DNA from: Haplodiscus bocki
Taxonomy: Eukaryota
NCBI GenBank assembly: GCA_965655095.1
Contig: OZ296651.1
Location: 45,818,001 to 45,882,000 of the forward strand
Direction: 5' to 3'
DNA: 64,000 bases
Part shown: positions 1-12,139 of the stretch, one piece after another
How the letters are laid out: each line of letters starts with the position of its first letter
How positions within the stretch are numbered: position 1 is the stretch's first letter
Program-made: the position numbers and the translations under genes
The notes under the pieces: model-generated
The model's input: the letters and a program-made list of their open reading frames with translations, nothing else
Told to the model about the DNA's origin: nothing
The model's database searches: none

Positions 1-1770
1 CAAAACTTCCCCAAAAAACAGGCCCAGAAAAACTAGAAGAACAAAAGTCTTCTATCTGGCCTAAAGAAAAAAGAACTACTAGACGTTAATTTACCTCCAA
101 AAATTATCTCAATCAGTTATTGAGAGTTTTATAAAGAATATCTTACATTTTTTGTCAATTGTATGTCATTGAAATTTATAAAGTTATGAAGGATATCCTA
201 TAATTTTGTCATTTGGATTTTGGACTGATTTTATTTATACAAATAATTCTGTAAACCTGTCTAATTGCTAAGTTTATATTACTGGATTAGCGTTTTTCAT
301 TTTCAATTTTTACGTTTGTCGAATCTTTCACTGAATTAACAAGTCTTCTGGAAGTTTTAAATAATTTGCGAGAATTTGTCGAAAAATAACTTGGAATTAT
401 GCGGACGGAGTAATATTATTCTTTTTATAATTCAACGTGGAGTAAATTTGTACTATTTGCAATTTAACGAGGAAATTCAAGCTACCGCTGCTAGTGCTTT
501 TTACTGGGGACTGAAATTTCCTCCGCTCCCACTCTTGCTACTATTTCTAAGCAGTGACTCATTTTTCATTAGTGCAGTCCTTTCATTTTCCGTTTGATTA
601 TATTTGCTCCCTCGGCTGACTGAATAATTGATTATTTCATTTTCTATTTTCCCTCCATCGCTCATAAAGTCCTTGCTTTGAACTTACGCAATTTTTGTTC
701 GCGAGGCCTGCAAGGCACCTGAAAGTAAATCAATAAAAGCCCCTGAGACTTATTTCCATTAAACAAAACAACTGCGGCGGCGCCACCGCTGTATTGATCT
801 AGACAACAAAAGGAACGTTAATCACCTGCAGCACTCAGCTAGAACGAGAATTGGAACTAGAAAAAGAATTAAATTCAAGCATTAGTAATATAACGTTCCC
901 CCCTACTCGGCCTGCGACAGTATTGGTTGTCTCCTTGTCCCCAAAAAACGTTACATGTAAAGTTTTGAGCTCTTAAAAGGGTTAATATCAGACAACAAGA
1001 CGTTGGAGATAAAAAAACTCACGTTGTTTTGACGTCATGTTGACAAATATTGGCCATCTTGAGAGCTCTAGAATTTTTTTTAGGACACATATTATTGTCT
1101 TTTTTTTGGTGTTGTTTACACTGGGCTGCAAAATTGCGAATCTAAAAAGCCGTGATTGGCACATCAACTTTTCAGGCATCAGAAAGTGTTACAGCTTCTT
1201 GTTTCATTTCGACTTTTTTGAAGGACTTTTTGACAGACATCTGTTGTAGTTTTTCTGATAGTGTCAATCATGTATCCGATCAAGGTTCTCAGTTCCAGAT
1301 CTTTGATTCAACTGACAAGTCAGAATGTGCTGCGAAATTCCGCTTCGCTTGTGTGAAATTTTCCAACTGCAGTGAGTAAAATTGAGTCAATTAAATCAAA
1401 GAGTGCAGCAAAACTCTTAAGCGCATTAGGACGCAAGAAACCTCACCTGTGTTTCAAAAGTACACACCAAGAATGAAACGGAAAAACTATTTAGGCGTTG
1501 ATTCTAAGGTCTAACCTGTGCTTTCATCCCAGCTGCCCTGTCCCCAGAAATTAATCGTAAAATGTAGACCAACGATGGTACTTGAGGTTCGAACCTGTCT
1601 GTAACTTAGTTGCCATTTGTTTTATAATTGGTATCTGCTAATGGCTCTCCTAAGATCAGGGTCCGTTGAAAGGAGAGTTTTATTTTTCACAGCAGACAAA
1701 TCTTTTAGCTGAATGGGAGGTAGAACAACCGGTCGTAGTCCAACTTAAATGCTCATTTAAAGTTATGAAA

Positions 1771-1846
1771 GTGACCCTTACGGGTCTCGAACCCGGGACC
1801 TGAGGCATGGTGGCCAAGCTTCGTACTTCTTGACCACCCTACAGCC
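1771..1846 (-). repeat. tRNA-derived sequence (SINE head or tRNA pseudogene)
   Basis: Minus strand reads GGCTGTAGGGTGGTCAAGAAGT...GGTCCCGGGTTCGAGACCCG. This has an A-box-like TGGTCAAG and a good B-box GGTTCGAGACC inside a CGGGT/ACCCG T-stem, at tRNA-like spacing (~76 nt). No clean cloverleaf found. Confidence 0.55.
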
Positions 1847-3141
1847 AGGTCTGATCCTGAAAGTCAAATTGACGGTGTTAGAATGGTACAATTCTCAAGT
1901 CTTGAAAAAAGTTTGAAAGAAGGAAATTTTTCAAAAATGGTCTGAGCAGCTCAAGAATTATTTATACCAAGGTTAGGCGTTTGGAACTAAATCAAATCTC
2001 GCCACTATACTTCCAATGGGACAGAGCTTCATCATAGTGGTTGATGTACGGTTCGCGGTCTCGCTAACGGAAGTGCGTGAACCGCCCGACATCGTCCCTC
2101 CGGCACCTTCGAATGCGCCGCGCCAGGTGATGGGAACATTCTTCCACTTCGCTTCACTCCTCCGCGTAAGGCTTTATCAGGATAGTGCGAAGATGAAGAT
2201 GTAAGTTTCCTTGTGCACAGCTGAAGATGCTAGTTTTGGAGGTTTTCATAACTAAGCATTTTTTGTGTAACCCTGTTGAAAATTGTAATTCCTTAAAACA
2301 AAAACTTGATAGACTGTCCGTTGTATGTTTTCATAGTGCATTGATGTTGGACCCCATTTCTTTTAGTTCTTCAAATCAGCCTTCTCGTTGCACTCTGGTA
2401 TGTTTTCTAACAAAATTGCATTTTCGTTTTGTTGGTTGATAAAGTCAAGTTTTTTGATTCTCCGTTAGCGTTAGCATCGGTCTGTGTTGCCATCAATAAC
2501 TAGTATGAAAGGGGATAAGACTTCTCGGGGGTCCTAGAGTAGTAAAACGTGACTGCAGTTTCTCTCCTGTAGTGAAAATGTGACTGCTATGGTAGTTTTT
2601 TCTATTGCTTTTTCGGACTGAGTTACTTTACTCAATCAGTTTCATTCGTCCTTTACTGATTCACCTACTGATTGAGGCTTGGGTCAAAGGGCCCTAGTCA
2701 CGGTGTAATTGATCTTTCAGCCGAGGTAATGACGAAATTAAATCATGCAAAGATTCATGATTCGCGTTTTGTGCAACCTACAGCTCAGATCGTCGATCCA
2801 CTGTTTGAGCAACTTTTTGCAAATGGGAGCTACCAAATGATTTTTACTGATAATATTTCGATCGAAATTTTGGTGTAAAATCCTGCATGTAAAGACTTGT
2901 GAACTCTGAGAAGTGGATTCACTCAGGGCTGTTGAAGTTGTTCATTGGGGGAAGGAATTTTTTTAAATGGAACAACAAAATAGGTAATAATGTAAGTATC
3001 CTCACTAGTTTAACACACCTTCTTCACACGGTGACAAATGGAAACAATTCTTTGGTTAGACTTGCGCTAGCGTTATAAGACAGTCTTCGATTTTTTCCGA
3101 TCCGTTCACAGCTGACTCAAGTTCCTAGATTTTCACCAAAA

Positions 3142-3213
3142 GGGAGGGAGTGGCCCAGGCTCGAACCTGAGAACATTCGCTTCCCAGTTGCATACTCAAC
3201 TGAGTGACTGTCG
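3142..3213 (-). repeat. second tRNA-like remnant (possible SINE head)
   Basis: Minus strand reads ...CACTCAGTTGAGTATGC...CTCAGGTTCGAGCCTGGG. B-box GGTTCGAGCC lies in a CAGG/CCTG stem, with a weak A-box-like CTCAGTTG upstream. Confidence 0.35.
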
Positions 3214-3880
3214 TTTGAGAATCGTTTTTTCTATTGAATATCAAGCGAATGAAATATTCTTCAGCGTTTCTTACTTTTATTTTAATACTTGTATATAGAC
3301 CTTCGTGCGTGTGTAAAATTTGAAGTACCGCGACCCCTTCAAGACATTTATACGTGTTCGATTGTTTTTCACCGGTGTTCCGTTGGTGCGAGTGTTGCAA
3401 AGAATAGCTTCGACTCATGTATAATCAAGTAACATAAGATTTCTCCAGTGAGTCGCAACAGTTACCTTGGGAAACGCGATACTACTTTTAGTTGTTAGCG
3501 CACTTCTGCCAGAAAAATCCAAAGAAAGTGTGGTAGTTTTCCGTCTAACGGAAAGTTTTCTGTTCCTATGATAAAGGTAGGTAAAGTGAAACATATATTT
3601 TAACCAATCTTCTAATCTAAAGAATCATTTTATTGCAAATGTGTATCAAGAGCATCACATTCCATTCATAGCTTGGAGGATATGTTGATTACCAAATAGG
3701 TCGAAAAAGGAAACGAATATAGAATGATAGTTTTGCAAATTCACAAAAAAATCTGTGGTATCTCAAACTGTTGGATTATATGTACATTCAACAGTGTTTT
3801 GCATCAGAAAACCAGAATTAGAATTATTTTGCTTAGGGAAGCCAGAATCGTTTTTGTTTCATTACAAGCCAGTGTTGTGG

Positions 3881-3950
3881 AACAAGAGTAGCTGGGAACC
3901 GCGTGAAGTAGCCGCGCACGGCCCTAACAGGCATCGCGCGGGCAAGCGGT
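3881..3950 (-). other. candidate Helentron/HLE2-type 3' terminus (stem-loop followed by CTCTTGTT)
   Basis: CCGCGC (3912-3917) pairs with GCGCGG (3936-3941), with an inner GCC/GGC pairing, in otherwise AT-rich DNA. The minus strand then ends ...CAGCTACTCTTGTT at 3881. Confidence 0.35.
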
Positions 3951-4439
3951 AGATGGAGGTTGTGTTTGTGTTTCGGAAGTTGTGATAAACTTGTATTTAC
4001 TTGACTGGAAGAGCAAATTTCTATCAAACAGTACTGTGCTATTGGTTTACAGAAGCAATAAGTTTCACAATAACTTCTTTTTTTTCTGGGGTCCCTTCTG
4101 ATTGATGAATCGTAGTTTGGTTACAATTATTTAAATTCATTAGCAGAGATGAATTTCCCACCGTACCCTCTTTAGCGCAGGTTGACTTGCTGCTGCTTTC
4201 GAATTATAAAGAACAGTATACTCTTTGCATCAGAACAAAGCCTTCCCAAAACCCTTTGCCCACTCATACTTTAGTGGAGCAATAGACCTAGAATGTTTAG
4301 TGAAACCTAATTTCCTATTTGATTTTTTTTCAAGACAATTTCACCTGTACCAACTGAATGGAGAACGGAAGTATTGTGTTTCCTTCAAGGTATCTCAGAA
4401 ATAATGCTAGTAGTTCAACCGATGACCCCTGCTTGTTCC

Positions 4440-4680
4440 TAGCATTGAAAGTTGTGAACTTTTACCCTGGATTTTCTCAAAACGTATGCGTTCCGCTGTT
4501 TTCGTATAGTCACTGAAACCTGTTGGAAAATGTATAAAGCAAACCCCAATTTTTAAGATGAATCTCAGTTGTCAAGTACGGTCACTGCCCTAAACAGTCT
4601 CAAGAAGCCGTCGCCTTAATAATGAGGTGCGACAGACGTAAGTACTAACCAAAAGGTACAAATGCCCCACTTCACCAGGG
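4440..4680 (-). pseudogene. GIY-YIG (SLX1-like) endonuclease domain, C-terminal to the helicase
   Basis: ORF 4590..4916 ends GEVGHLYLLVSTYVCRTSLLRRRLLE, matching G-x-Y..., Y-V-(G)-x-T, RRL. After frameshifts come HLKNWGLL, TGF and ERIRFEK, resembling the W..GF..FE pattern of SLX1-type GIY-YIG domains. Confidence 0.65.
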
Positions 4681-4829
4681 GAAATTCTATGTTTGTGTGA
4701 GCGGCCAGAGGTATGCGAGGCTAAGTAAACAAAAGAGGTGACTGAATGCGGTGTTGACGAGTGTCTCGAGTAACTTTTCGCTTTTAAGAGTGCTTGAGAA
4801 GTTTTATTTGCCATTAAAGTTTTGTTTTC

Positions 4830-6030
4830 GTTAGCTAAAAATACTTTTCTGAGGTTTTGAGTTCGGCATCCTGAAACGCAGTTATTTCTTCTCCCGAAGA
4901 CAATATTCCCTCTCAATGCAATGATTTACCATTATAATTCTGCCAGTTGTTTCTCCCATGCCTTTATGAATAATCATTCCTATAAATTTTTCAACGGAAA
5001 TTGAGTTTGAAAAATGACCCTTCATGTTTTTTTAACAACCCAGATTGTTTTAGGTTCAACGTCAGAAAAATTTGTCTCGTAAAACTTGTATTATCTTTCC
5101 ATACACCAGGTAGAGCTGAAATAACCTCTATATTTTCATGCCAGTCAAATTTCGTGAACACACACATATGACACTGTGAAATGTCCAGTGATGGCATATT
5201 AACAGTTATTCTCAGCAATACTATGTTTTGCATTACTGTTAGGCTCAAAACAAATTCGATCGAAAGTGCTTTTTTTACGAATAACGGCAGCATTCAATTA
5301 CTGGTGCCGTTCATTTTTACAAATGTTGGTACTTTTGAATCGATTCCGCCAGATGTTCGTACTGTGTCGATTTGAGGATTAATTCCTTCCATTCCCTGCA
5401 AGTAGGCGAAAAAGTTGCACAGCGTCAACTGCACTGCTATCATAATAAAAAGAAGCATTTTGAAAGATGTTCTGCACAATTTTTTGATTTAGCAGTCTAA
5501 AATTTTGGGAACAGAAAACATTTTAAGAAACCTACGCTCGAAAAAGTCGGTCATGCTAACATGACTTCTCAAGACAAGTTTCTTCACGTTACTTGAAATA
5601 GCGGAAGTTGTCCAGATTAAGCGGGCCTAGGGATGCGGGAGTTGTTTGGGATTGCTTGTTCTGATGATGAGGATCCCGCTGAAGAGCGCACTTTCCCTCG
5701 ATTTCTGAAGTATGGAATCAATTGTAGCAAACTTCTCCGCGGAAACGATAGCAATTTCTTCAAAATGCAATACGTCAACTCTTTTAATGAAACTTTTTTT
5801 CAGCAGATCTTTTTTCAGTTTGTGTGCTTCTTTGTACGATACTATGGGTATTAAAGCTTTATAAAAACGGCAGAACAGAAAAGGTCGCGAATATGCATTC
5901 CCAAGAATTGCATAGCTAGTTCATTACTTGAGGATGTTACCATAAAAAATAAGCTGTGGTTCAGAGCATGAATTGTTTTTGCAATTGATTTCCAGCGGCC
6001 AGGCTTGCCTACGACAAACTGTTGTTTGAA
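4830..6030 (-). pseudogene. PIF1-family (SF1B) helicase domain of RepHel transposase
   Basis: Walker A-like FVVGKPGRWKS (5986-6018). Motif Ia-like VTSSSNELAMQFLGMHIRDLF. Motifs II-III VDVLHFEEIAIVSAEKFATIDSILQKSRESALFSGILIIRTSNPKQLP (from 5779). VLLRITVNM. QFPL/MIIHKGMGET (4948-5003). Order and spacing fit PIF1; many stops and frameshifts. Confidence 0.88.
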
Positions 6031-7099
6031 AAATACAGCGATGAAATGTTTTTACTCGTCAACGGTTTTCAGGGGTTACTTCAAAACAGCTGTTAGCTCA
6101 TCGTTGTATGACATTTGGCGATGGCGGAAGGTTATAATGAAGCGGCCTGCCCGACTTAGAATCAAGTACGTCATTGTTACTCGTTTTTGTCGTGTCGATT
6201 ACGAAATCATGAGTTTGCGATTTAGCATGGGAAAATTTTCGTTCCAGAAATTGCGACTCCTTTAGTACACTTCTGCAAGGCAGTATATAGAATGGTTAGC
6301 GTTTCAATGACCTTTTTGTAAGTTTCCATAGTGTTCAAAGAACTTTATCCGTCAACGATCGGACGATTCGCAGAACCGTCTGACACCAGACTATGAACTT
6401 TGAGCCTCAATTCGCAACGTTTTAAGATTGAACCTTTTTCTCTGTCCGTTATAGATTTGCATCTGAGACTGAACCAGACTTCTGAAAAGAAAGTCGAAGG
6501 CTTCCATCGTGGTACATATCCAAATCTGTTTAAAGCTTACGGAGTTCAAGCAACAAACTGATGAGGAAGTTTGGAATGTTCCTAGGCAGTGTGTTAGGGA
6601 AATTTACAGCAAGGATTTAGCCTCCGAGCCACGATCGTCCACGAATCTTGAAAAACTCAACACTGGATTCAGTTTCGGTTGTGTTGCAATGTGAACGTAT
6701 CTAGGCTTGGGAGTTTGGGGGTTCCTAGAAAGAATTTGGAAAAAAGCTTATGTAACAGAGGGCCTTAGGCGAATCATTTAACATGTGGTGTCAGAGCAAG
6801 AACTTGTTTCGATATTTTGATTACAATTATTCTTTTTTTTGTTCTTTCAACAGAAGATTTTGGAACTAAAAGCTTACTTCCCTAACGGAAAGTGAATCCG
6901 AACCTCTAAACACAATTTTTGACACCATATTCAGTGTTGGACAGGAATTGGTATATTTTCGTAACGTGTTCTGTTTTTTTTTGGGATCAAACGATTTTCA
7001 AGCTCAGCTTTTATAAACCTGATTCTTTTGTAGTCTCTATAACTTTGACCGGACGTTTCAACGAAGTGCTATTACCCCTGCCTTCGCTTGGCGCGACTT

Positions 7100-8620
7100 G
7101 GATTTTCAAGGGGCGTATTAACGTGAACAGAAGTGTATGTCCTAAATATGCTTTTCAATTTCAACATGCTTCAATTACAATCTGTTGATGGCAAAATGAG
7201 GCATTTTTCACAAGTGGTATTGATCTCGTTCTGAAAAACCTTTTCCGCACCTGCAATTTTCTTTTCTCAATTCGCTAACCGGGACAGTTTCAGAAGAGTT
7301 ACCATAAGTTTTTACTGTAGAGTGCGCCTGCATACAAGCTACGTAATTTGCTCGATACGTGGCAGATTTTATGGTGCCACAAATAATGAGTTCATGCTAC
7401 CTAGTATGCAAGAAAGTTCTTTGTCACCTTTGGAAAAAACGTTTCAATGAAGTCCGCCACGTAATTGTAGTTACCCGTCCTGGAATCATCGGCTACTTGA
7501 AAAGGAACTTCTAATAGATGAGCGAAATGCCACTTTCGTAAAATTTGCCATACGTCTTTAGAATGGGGCTTATCGATCATTTTGAAAGTGGTTTGAGTAC
7601 GGTTCGCAAATACCGAACCTACATATGCTTTTATTCTGTTATCGCAATGTTTGTCACGTCTGTAATTCCCCTCTTCCCTGAGTAAATTAATGTTGATTCG
7701 GTCAAAAAGTTCAGATCGTCAGCATTCTTCTTTCAGGTTACCGTCCTCTTTAAAGGACCCGGCGTTTCGATTTCAGTCAATGTAACAATTGGCGAAATGA
7801 CCCAAGTTGTGGTTTTTTTCTGATGTTTGCTCTGTTCTTTTCGTTTGTCCAAACAAATTTATGATGTTTTGGAGCGTTGACTTTCCATGTTTGAAACTCG
7901 AAGTGGAGAAAATTGTTTTTGATAGTTACCGGAAGTATATGTCTGGATATTTCTATATGCCTAACCAAAACAGTAGCGGCTTTTACCCACAACCCCATAC
8001 ACAGAAGGATATACTTTTCTATGCGGTTCATTCTCTGAGCTTGACACATTAGCAGTTTTTCGCTCGTTTAGCCAATTTAACGGTGCCATGTAAACCTGTA
8101 TGACTAGTTAAATGTTAAGGTCAGGAAAGAATTTGGCTTCCCACCTGATTGCTGCAGCCAGATTGATGGTTCTTCATTACTATTTTCTTCGTTCTTTCGT
8201 TCAATTTCGTGACGACTTTCGAAGTTTTTTGACCCGAGCTGTAAACCACTGTTCAGCACGAGGAAAGAATCCCAACACTTAACATGAAAGTTATGGAAAC
8301 AGTCAAAATGACATTGAATGAGTCATCGACCGCAAGATTTCAGGAATGATGATATCTCCGGTTATGGGAAACGATCTGCAAAGTTGAAGCCTTTTGCGAC
8401 AGATGAAGTCGCCAATGATGCTGCTGGAATCGCACCACAAATCGAAGTTTTTCACCGTTAGCTATTATATCGCAGGCAAAAACATTGCTTCAGGCTAAAT
8501 AGAAGGAACAATTTCGCCAGGACATTTAGCGATAAAAGATTGCAGGGAACGCCAATTTTCCTGATGTCAGTGATTTTTTCGCCCTATTCGGCACGGAACA
8601 TACTGCGTTCAAAACTACGT
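7100..8620 (-). pseudogene. HUH Rep (rolling-circle initiator) domain of RepHel transposase
   Basis: Pre-Rep segment LQSFIAKCPGEIVPSI*PEAMFLPAI..SICGAIP. Motif 1 PNSFLTLTFN (8107-8136). Motif 2 FEFQTWKVNAPKHHKFVW (7849-7902, in ORF 7777..8049; consensus EFQ...PHxH..W). Motif 3 ATYRANYVA (7337-7366; consensus YxxKY). Downstream VHVNTPLEN. Confidence 0.8.
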
Positions 8621-9350
8621 CGCTGCCCACTGTTTTCAAAACTTGCGCTGAATGTAGTTCAACTGCTTTACCACCACCATCCGTTTTCAAAACTTGAGTA
8701 CCTACGATTACTGCGGCATCAGTAGAAACATCAATTTCATTAGCTTCAACTTATCTTTCATCTTCCAAATCATCCTCTTTCATCGTCGGGAACTTTTGCA
8801 AAACCATAATTTCCCTATGCGTGATGTAAAAGTGTTTTTTTTTCATCTATCTCACTAAAGTGCTTCCTACACAGAACATTTTAGCATCCCTGAGAAGGAC
8901 ATCGCCTAGCTGATTTTTGACACGAGATCTCACCGAAGTGACAAAGAAACAGTTTCATGGGAAAGTCGCTATTTAACGGCAGTTTATGGGCATCGCAATT
9001 CACAAGATCCTGTCCTATTCAATTGCCAGCAAATCCAAAGCTTTTTTTCGGTCCAATTTGATCCAACCTTTTCATGAACACAACTATTTCATTCTTTTGC
9101 GGGGTAAGACCGATTTTTTCTTCATTTCTTAAGCTTACCAAAGGTGGATGTTGTGTTCCACCTTAGCTCAATCAATTTGTACCGAAAAAATGTTTCGAAA
9201 GAAGAATCGTCACTTTTGTATATCAATTTGATTGCGCCCAGTTTTTTTCAATGGAATGACTTGGAGAGAGATTGAAATGGTTCGTGGTACACTGAGTGAT
9301 TAAAGCAACAAAGTCCTGCTCATCCGCAATATCGCTCGAAACCAATCGGT
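8620..9350 (-). pseudogene. N-terminal part of the transposase: Cys/His cluster and acidic linker
   Basis: CQKSARRCPSQGC*NVLCRKHF (8857-8922) is followed by the acidic MKEDDLEDER*VEANEID, leading into the Rep region. The upstream limit is uncertain. Confidence 0.45.
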
Positions 9351-10329
9351 TGTCACCTTGTTCTCGACCTTGATATAATTGAGGAAAAGTAACCGATTAT
9401 GGGAGTGGAAAACCGTCGACTCGTCCAGTTCTCGTTCAAGTTAATCCTACTCCAAACTATCACTTCTAAACAAGCTGTTTTTTTGACCAACTATCTCAAT
9501 GAAACGAGAGATGTCTCCGTCAATAAGCGTTGTCCAGAAAACAGATGGCCACGCAAATTTAAAGCTTCAAGTTTTTCTAAAGGTTCGACGGGTTTTATTA
9601 CGCGCTACACCAGTGACAGTGGTAATAGTGCTAGTTGTCCTGGGGCTAAAAATGTACCGAGACCGCTCGTGACCCATGGCAGCAATAAGAACTGAAATTG
9701 CACCGTATACCATAGATTCGGTTTATTAGATTGTCGATAATGCCAAACAGAAATTGAAGTTTAAGCTGAACAATGATGAAGTTAGTCATTGTCGGAGTGG
9801 ACGCAATTTGTTTCAAGAACCATGATCATTGATTCCATCAAAAGTGTGTTTTATCACCTTTTTTTTGTATCTTTGGTCAGAGGATCCGTTTGTCAAAAGT
9901 TTTGCATTTCCGTTCACCAGATATGTGTGGTAACTAACAATACAACTTTTCGGCCACTTCAAGAGTCGATCGTACTATTAATCCTGAATGTTGCGGATGC
10001 AGAAATGTATCAGGGTGAGCATAGTAAGCTGATCGAACAAGCACAATTTGCAACTCAAGAAGCTGTTGTCATTTCACCAAATCAAGAACTCAGTACGTTG
10101 AAGAAAATTGTCAGTAGTGTAGAATGGAGAAAGTGTGCTTGACAATTGTCACAAGTATTTTAGTACAGTGGGGATGGAAAACGTAAATAAATTAGCATAC
10201 TGCTGTTCGAATGGTGTTTAGGGGTACTTAACTCTCTGAAGACCAGTTGAGAGTAAAACATTGTGACTCAAAATCATATCCATTCAGCTTTACAGACTCT
10301 CTGAAAAATGAATTGTACTTGCGGAAAAT

Positions 10330-11239
10330 TTTGGTCACAACTGTAGATGTCAATTGGCGGAGTGCCAAACTGCTCAGATGCACATGAACTCCCCCAACGA
10401 TGAGTTAACTGCTCAACTTCGAACCTCCATCTGGGAAGTTGTCTGTAACATGTGTACTGCCGAGGACCATTGTTGATTTTTTCAATGCATGAAACACTTG
10501 ATCATTCATAGTTCGATGGACAACTCCCAATACAAGTACAGTACCGTAGTACCTCAGCTCCTGGCTTGGGGTCAAGATGTCAAAAGTATTGTGGGTAATC
10601 GTTTGCCCCAACGCATTCTTCTTTTTTCCGGTTTTTTCTCCCTCGTCATGATCTCAAACTTCGAATATCTTTTTTTAGCGAATGTCGGACAATATTCTGG
10701 GTAAATCCGAAGCTCTCACCCCATGGACACAGACATTTTCACACGGGTTAATAACGCTATATCTGGAAAGGAAGTCGCCTACAAATATAGTTTCTTGATC
10801 AGGTTTTGTGGAGAGATGGAGGCTGTTTCCGCCTGTCTTGACTTTGAACTTCGAATATCGTTATAAAGGATTGTCTGACAGTATAGTGGCGAGATTTTCA
10901 GCTCTCACCCCTGGAAAATAGATAAAACCACAATGGCCAATAACCCTTTTTCTGAGAAGAAAGCCGCCTTTAATTACTTTCTCGTTACCAGGTGGCGTGG
11001 ATAAAATCAAATCCAATTGAAAGCCAATTGAGTTGAAAGAACATTGCTTTTTCTGAAAACGGCCGATTCGTTACTTTTGTCGTTTTTTTCAACTATCATG
11101 GAAGAATAACGGAGAAGCTCGGTCCGAGGAGGCTCTATCAAAGAAGTGAATTTTTGTAGAACAGTTTCGGTTGATGTTTTGCGCCTTTTTATCAATGATG
11201 TAACCGATGAGTAGGAGGGTTGTCAATGCTTAGCGCCAT
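10330..11239 (-). pseudogene. SGNH/GDSL-hydrolase-fold protein (possibly non-catalytic, OSK-like), with a duplicated N-terminal half
   Basis: Block I-like IFVGDFLSR, block II-like CVHGVRASDL / FPGVRAENL, block III-like VKTGGNSL, then TVLVLGVVHR and block V-like IVGGVHVHLS (DHGHLS at ~13160, DHEHLS in array copies). Probable ATG at 11239 (MALSIDNPPTHRL). Confidence 0.7.
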
Positions 11240-12139
11240 TTTCTTTTCGAATTAAAACTGTGTATATACGTTGAAGTAGTTGATACTTACCCATGCAAAC
11301 GTTATGATACAATGTCGAATTGAAGACGGAATTGATAACCATAATCGAATTGCTGAAAAGACAAATATTACAGGTTTGATCTAACTAAATTCCTACGGAA
11401 GGCACCAAGAAACGGTAAACTGACGGTACTTCCTCAAAGTCTTTTGACAAATGTGTTAGTAAAGTGTTGGAAACCAAAAATTCCGGTAACCTGATTGGAA
11501 ATGGACAAAGTGTGACATAAAAGTCAGCGGAGTCAAAAAGTATGTCTTTCGTTTACTTCAACTAAAATCTGTTGCTCCATGGGCGTCAGATTAACATAAT
11601 TGTGTATAGTCAGCCGAACATTTTAGAACTGTTGCTACGTATCCGTGAAGTCTTCACCAAAGGAATTTATGGCCAGTTAATGTATGAAAACTATGGAAAA
11701 GCGTTTTGAATCAAGTCACGTTTCGTGGCACCGAAACTCACAAACTCTCGAAGGTTTCCCCCTAAATCTATTACACTGCTGAAAATTACTGTACTAGGGT
11801 TGTCTGTTTTACGATTATGAACGAACTGATGATTTTAGCTGTGAAAGTTGCTCTTCTATAGCTTTTGATACCGAAAACTCTAAAGTCCCAGATTTTGCCG
11901 CAAAAACTTCATTTTTCCCACGTTCTATATACATTTTGGTCCTGACTTTTTTTACCAGTAGGTTGGCTGTAGAAAAGCGCTCTAACGTGATTCCGCCGCG
12001 ACTTGTGCGTGCCGAGATGCGGGACAATTTTTTTGTGAGTCACGTTTTTGACATGAGTTACCAAATTCAAAAACCTTTTGTCAACGTCAGGTTGTCGAAG
12101 ACGTGCGTTCTCTTAACATTTCTCTCTTTAGATGTTGTA

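Noticed and set aside
1-955. Possible LTR-retrotransposon terminus (ends ...CGTTACA; AATAAA near 732; TGGCGCC on the minus strand near 785)
   Set aside because: No second LTR, clear PPT or PBS, or gag/pol motif in the window, so it cannot be supported.
973-985. AAAGGGTTAA resembling a piggyBac-type TIR end with TTAA
   Set aside because: No partner inverted repeat was found, and the motif is too short to be meaningful.
3125-3418. 97-aa ORF with VTQLSMQLGSE, superficially like a packaging-ATPase segment
   Set aside because: No Walker motifs, and the segment overlaps the tRNA-like remnant, so it is probably chance.
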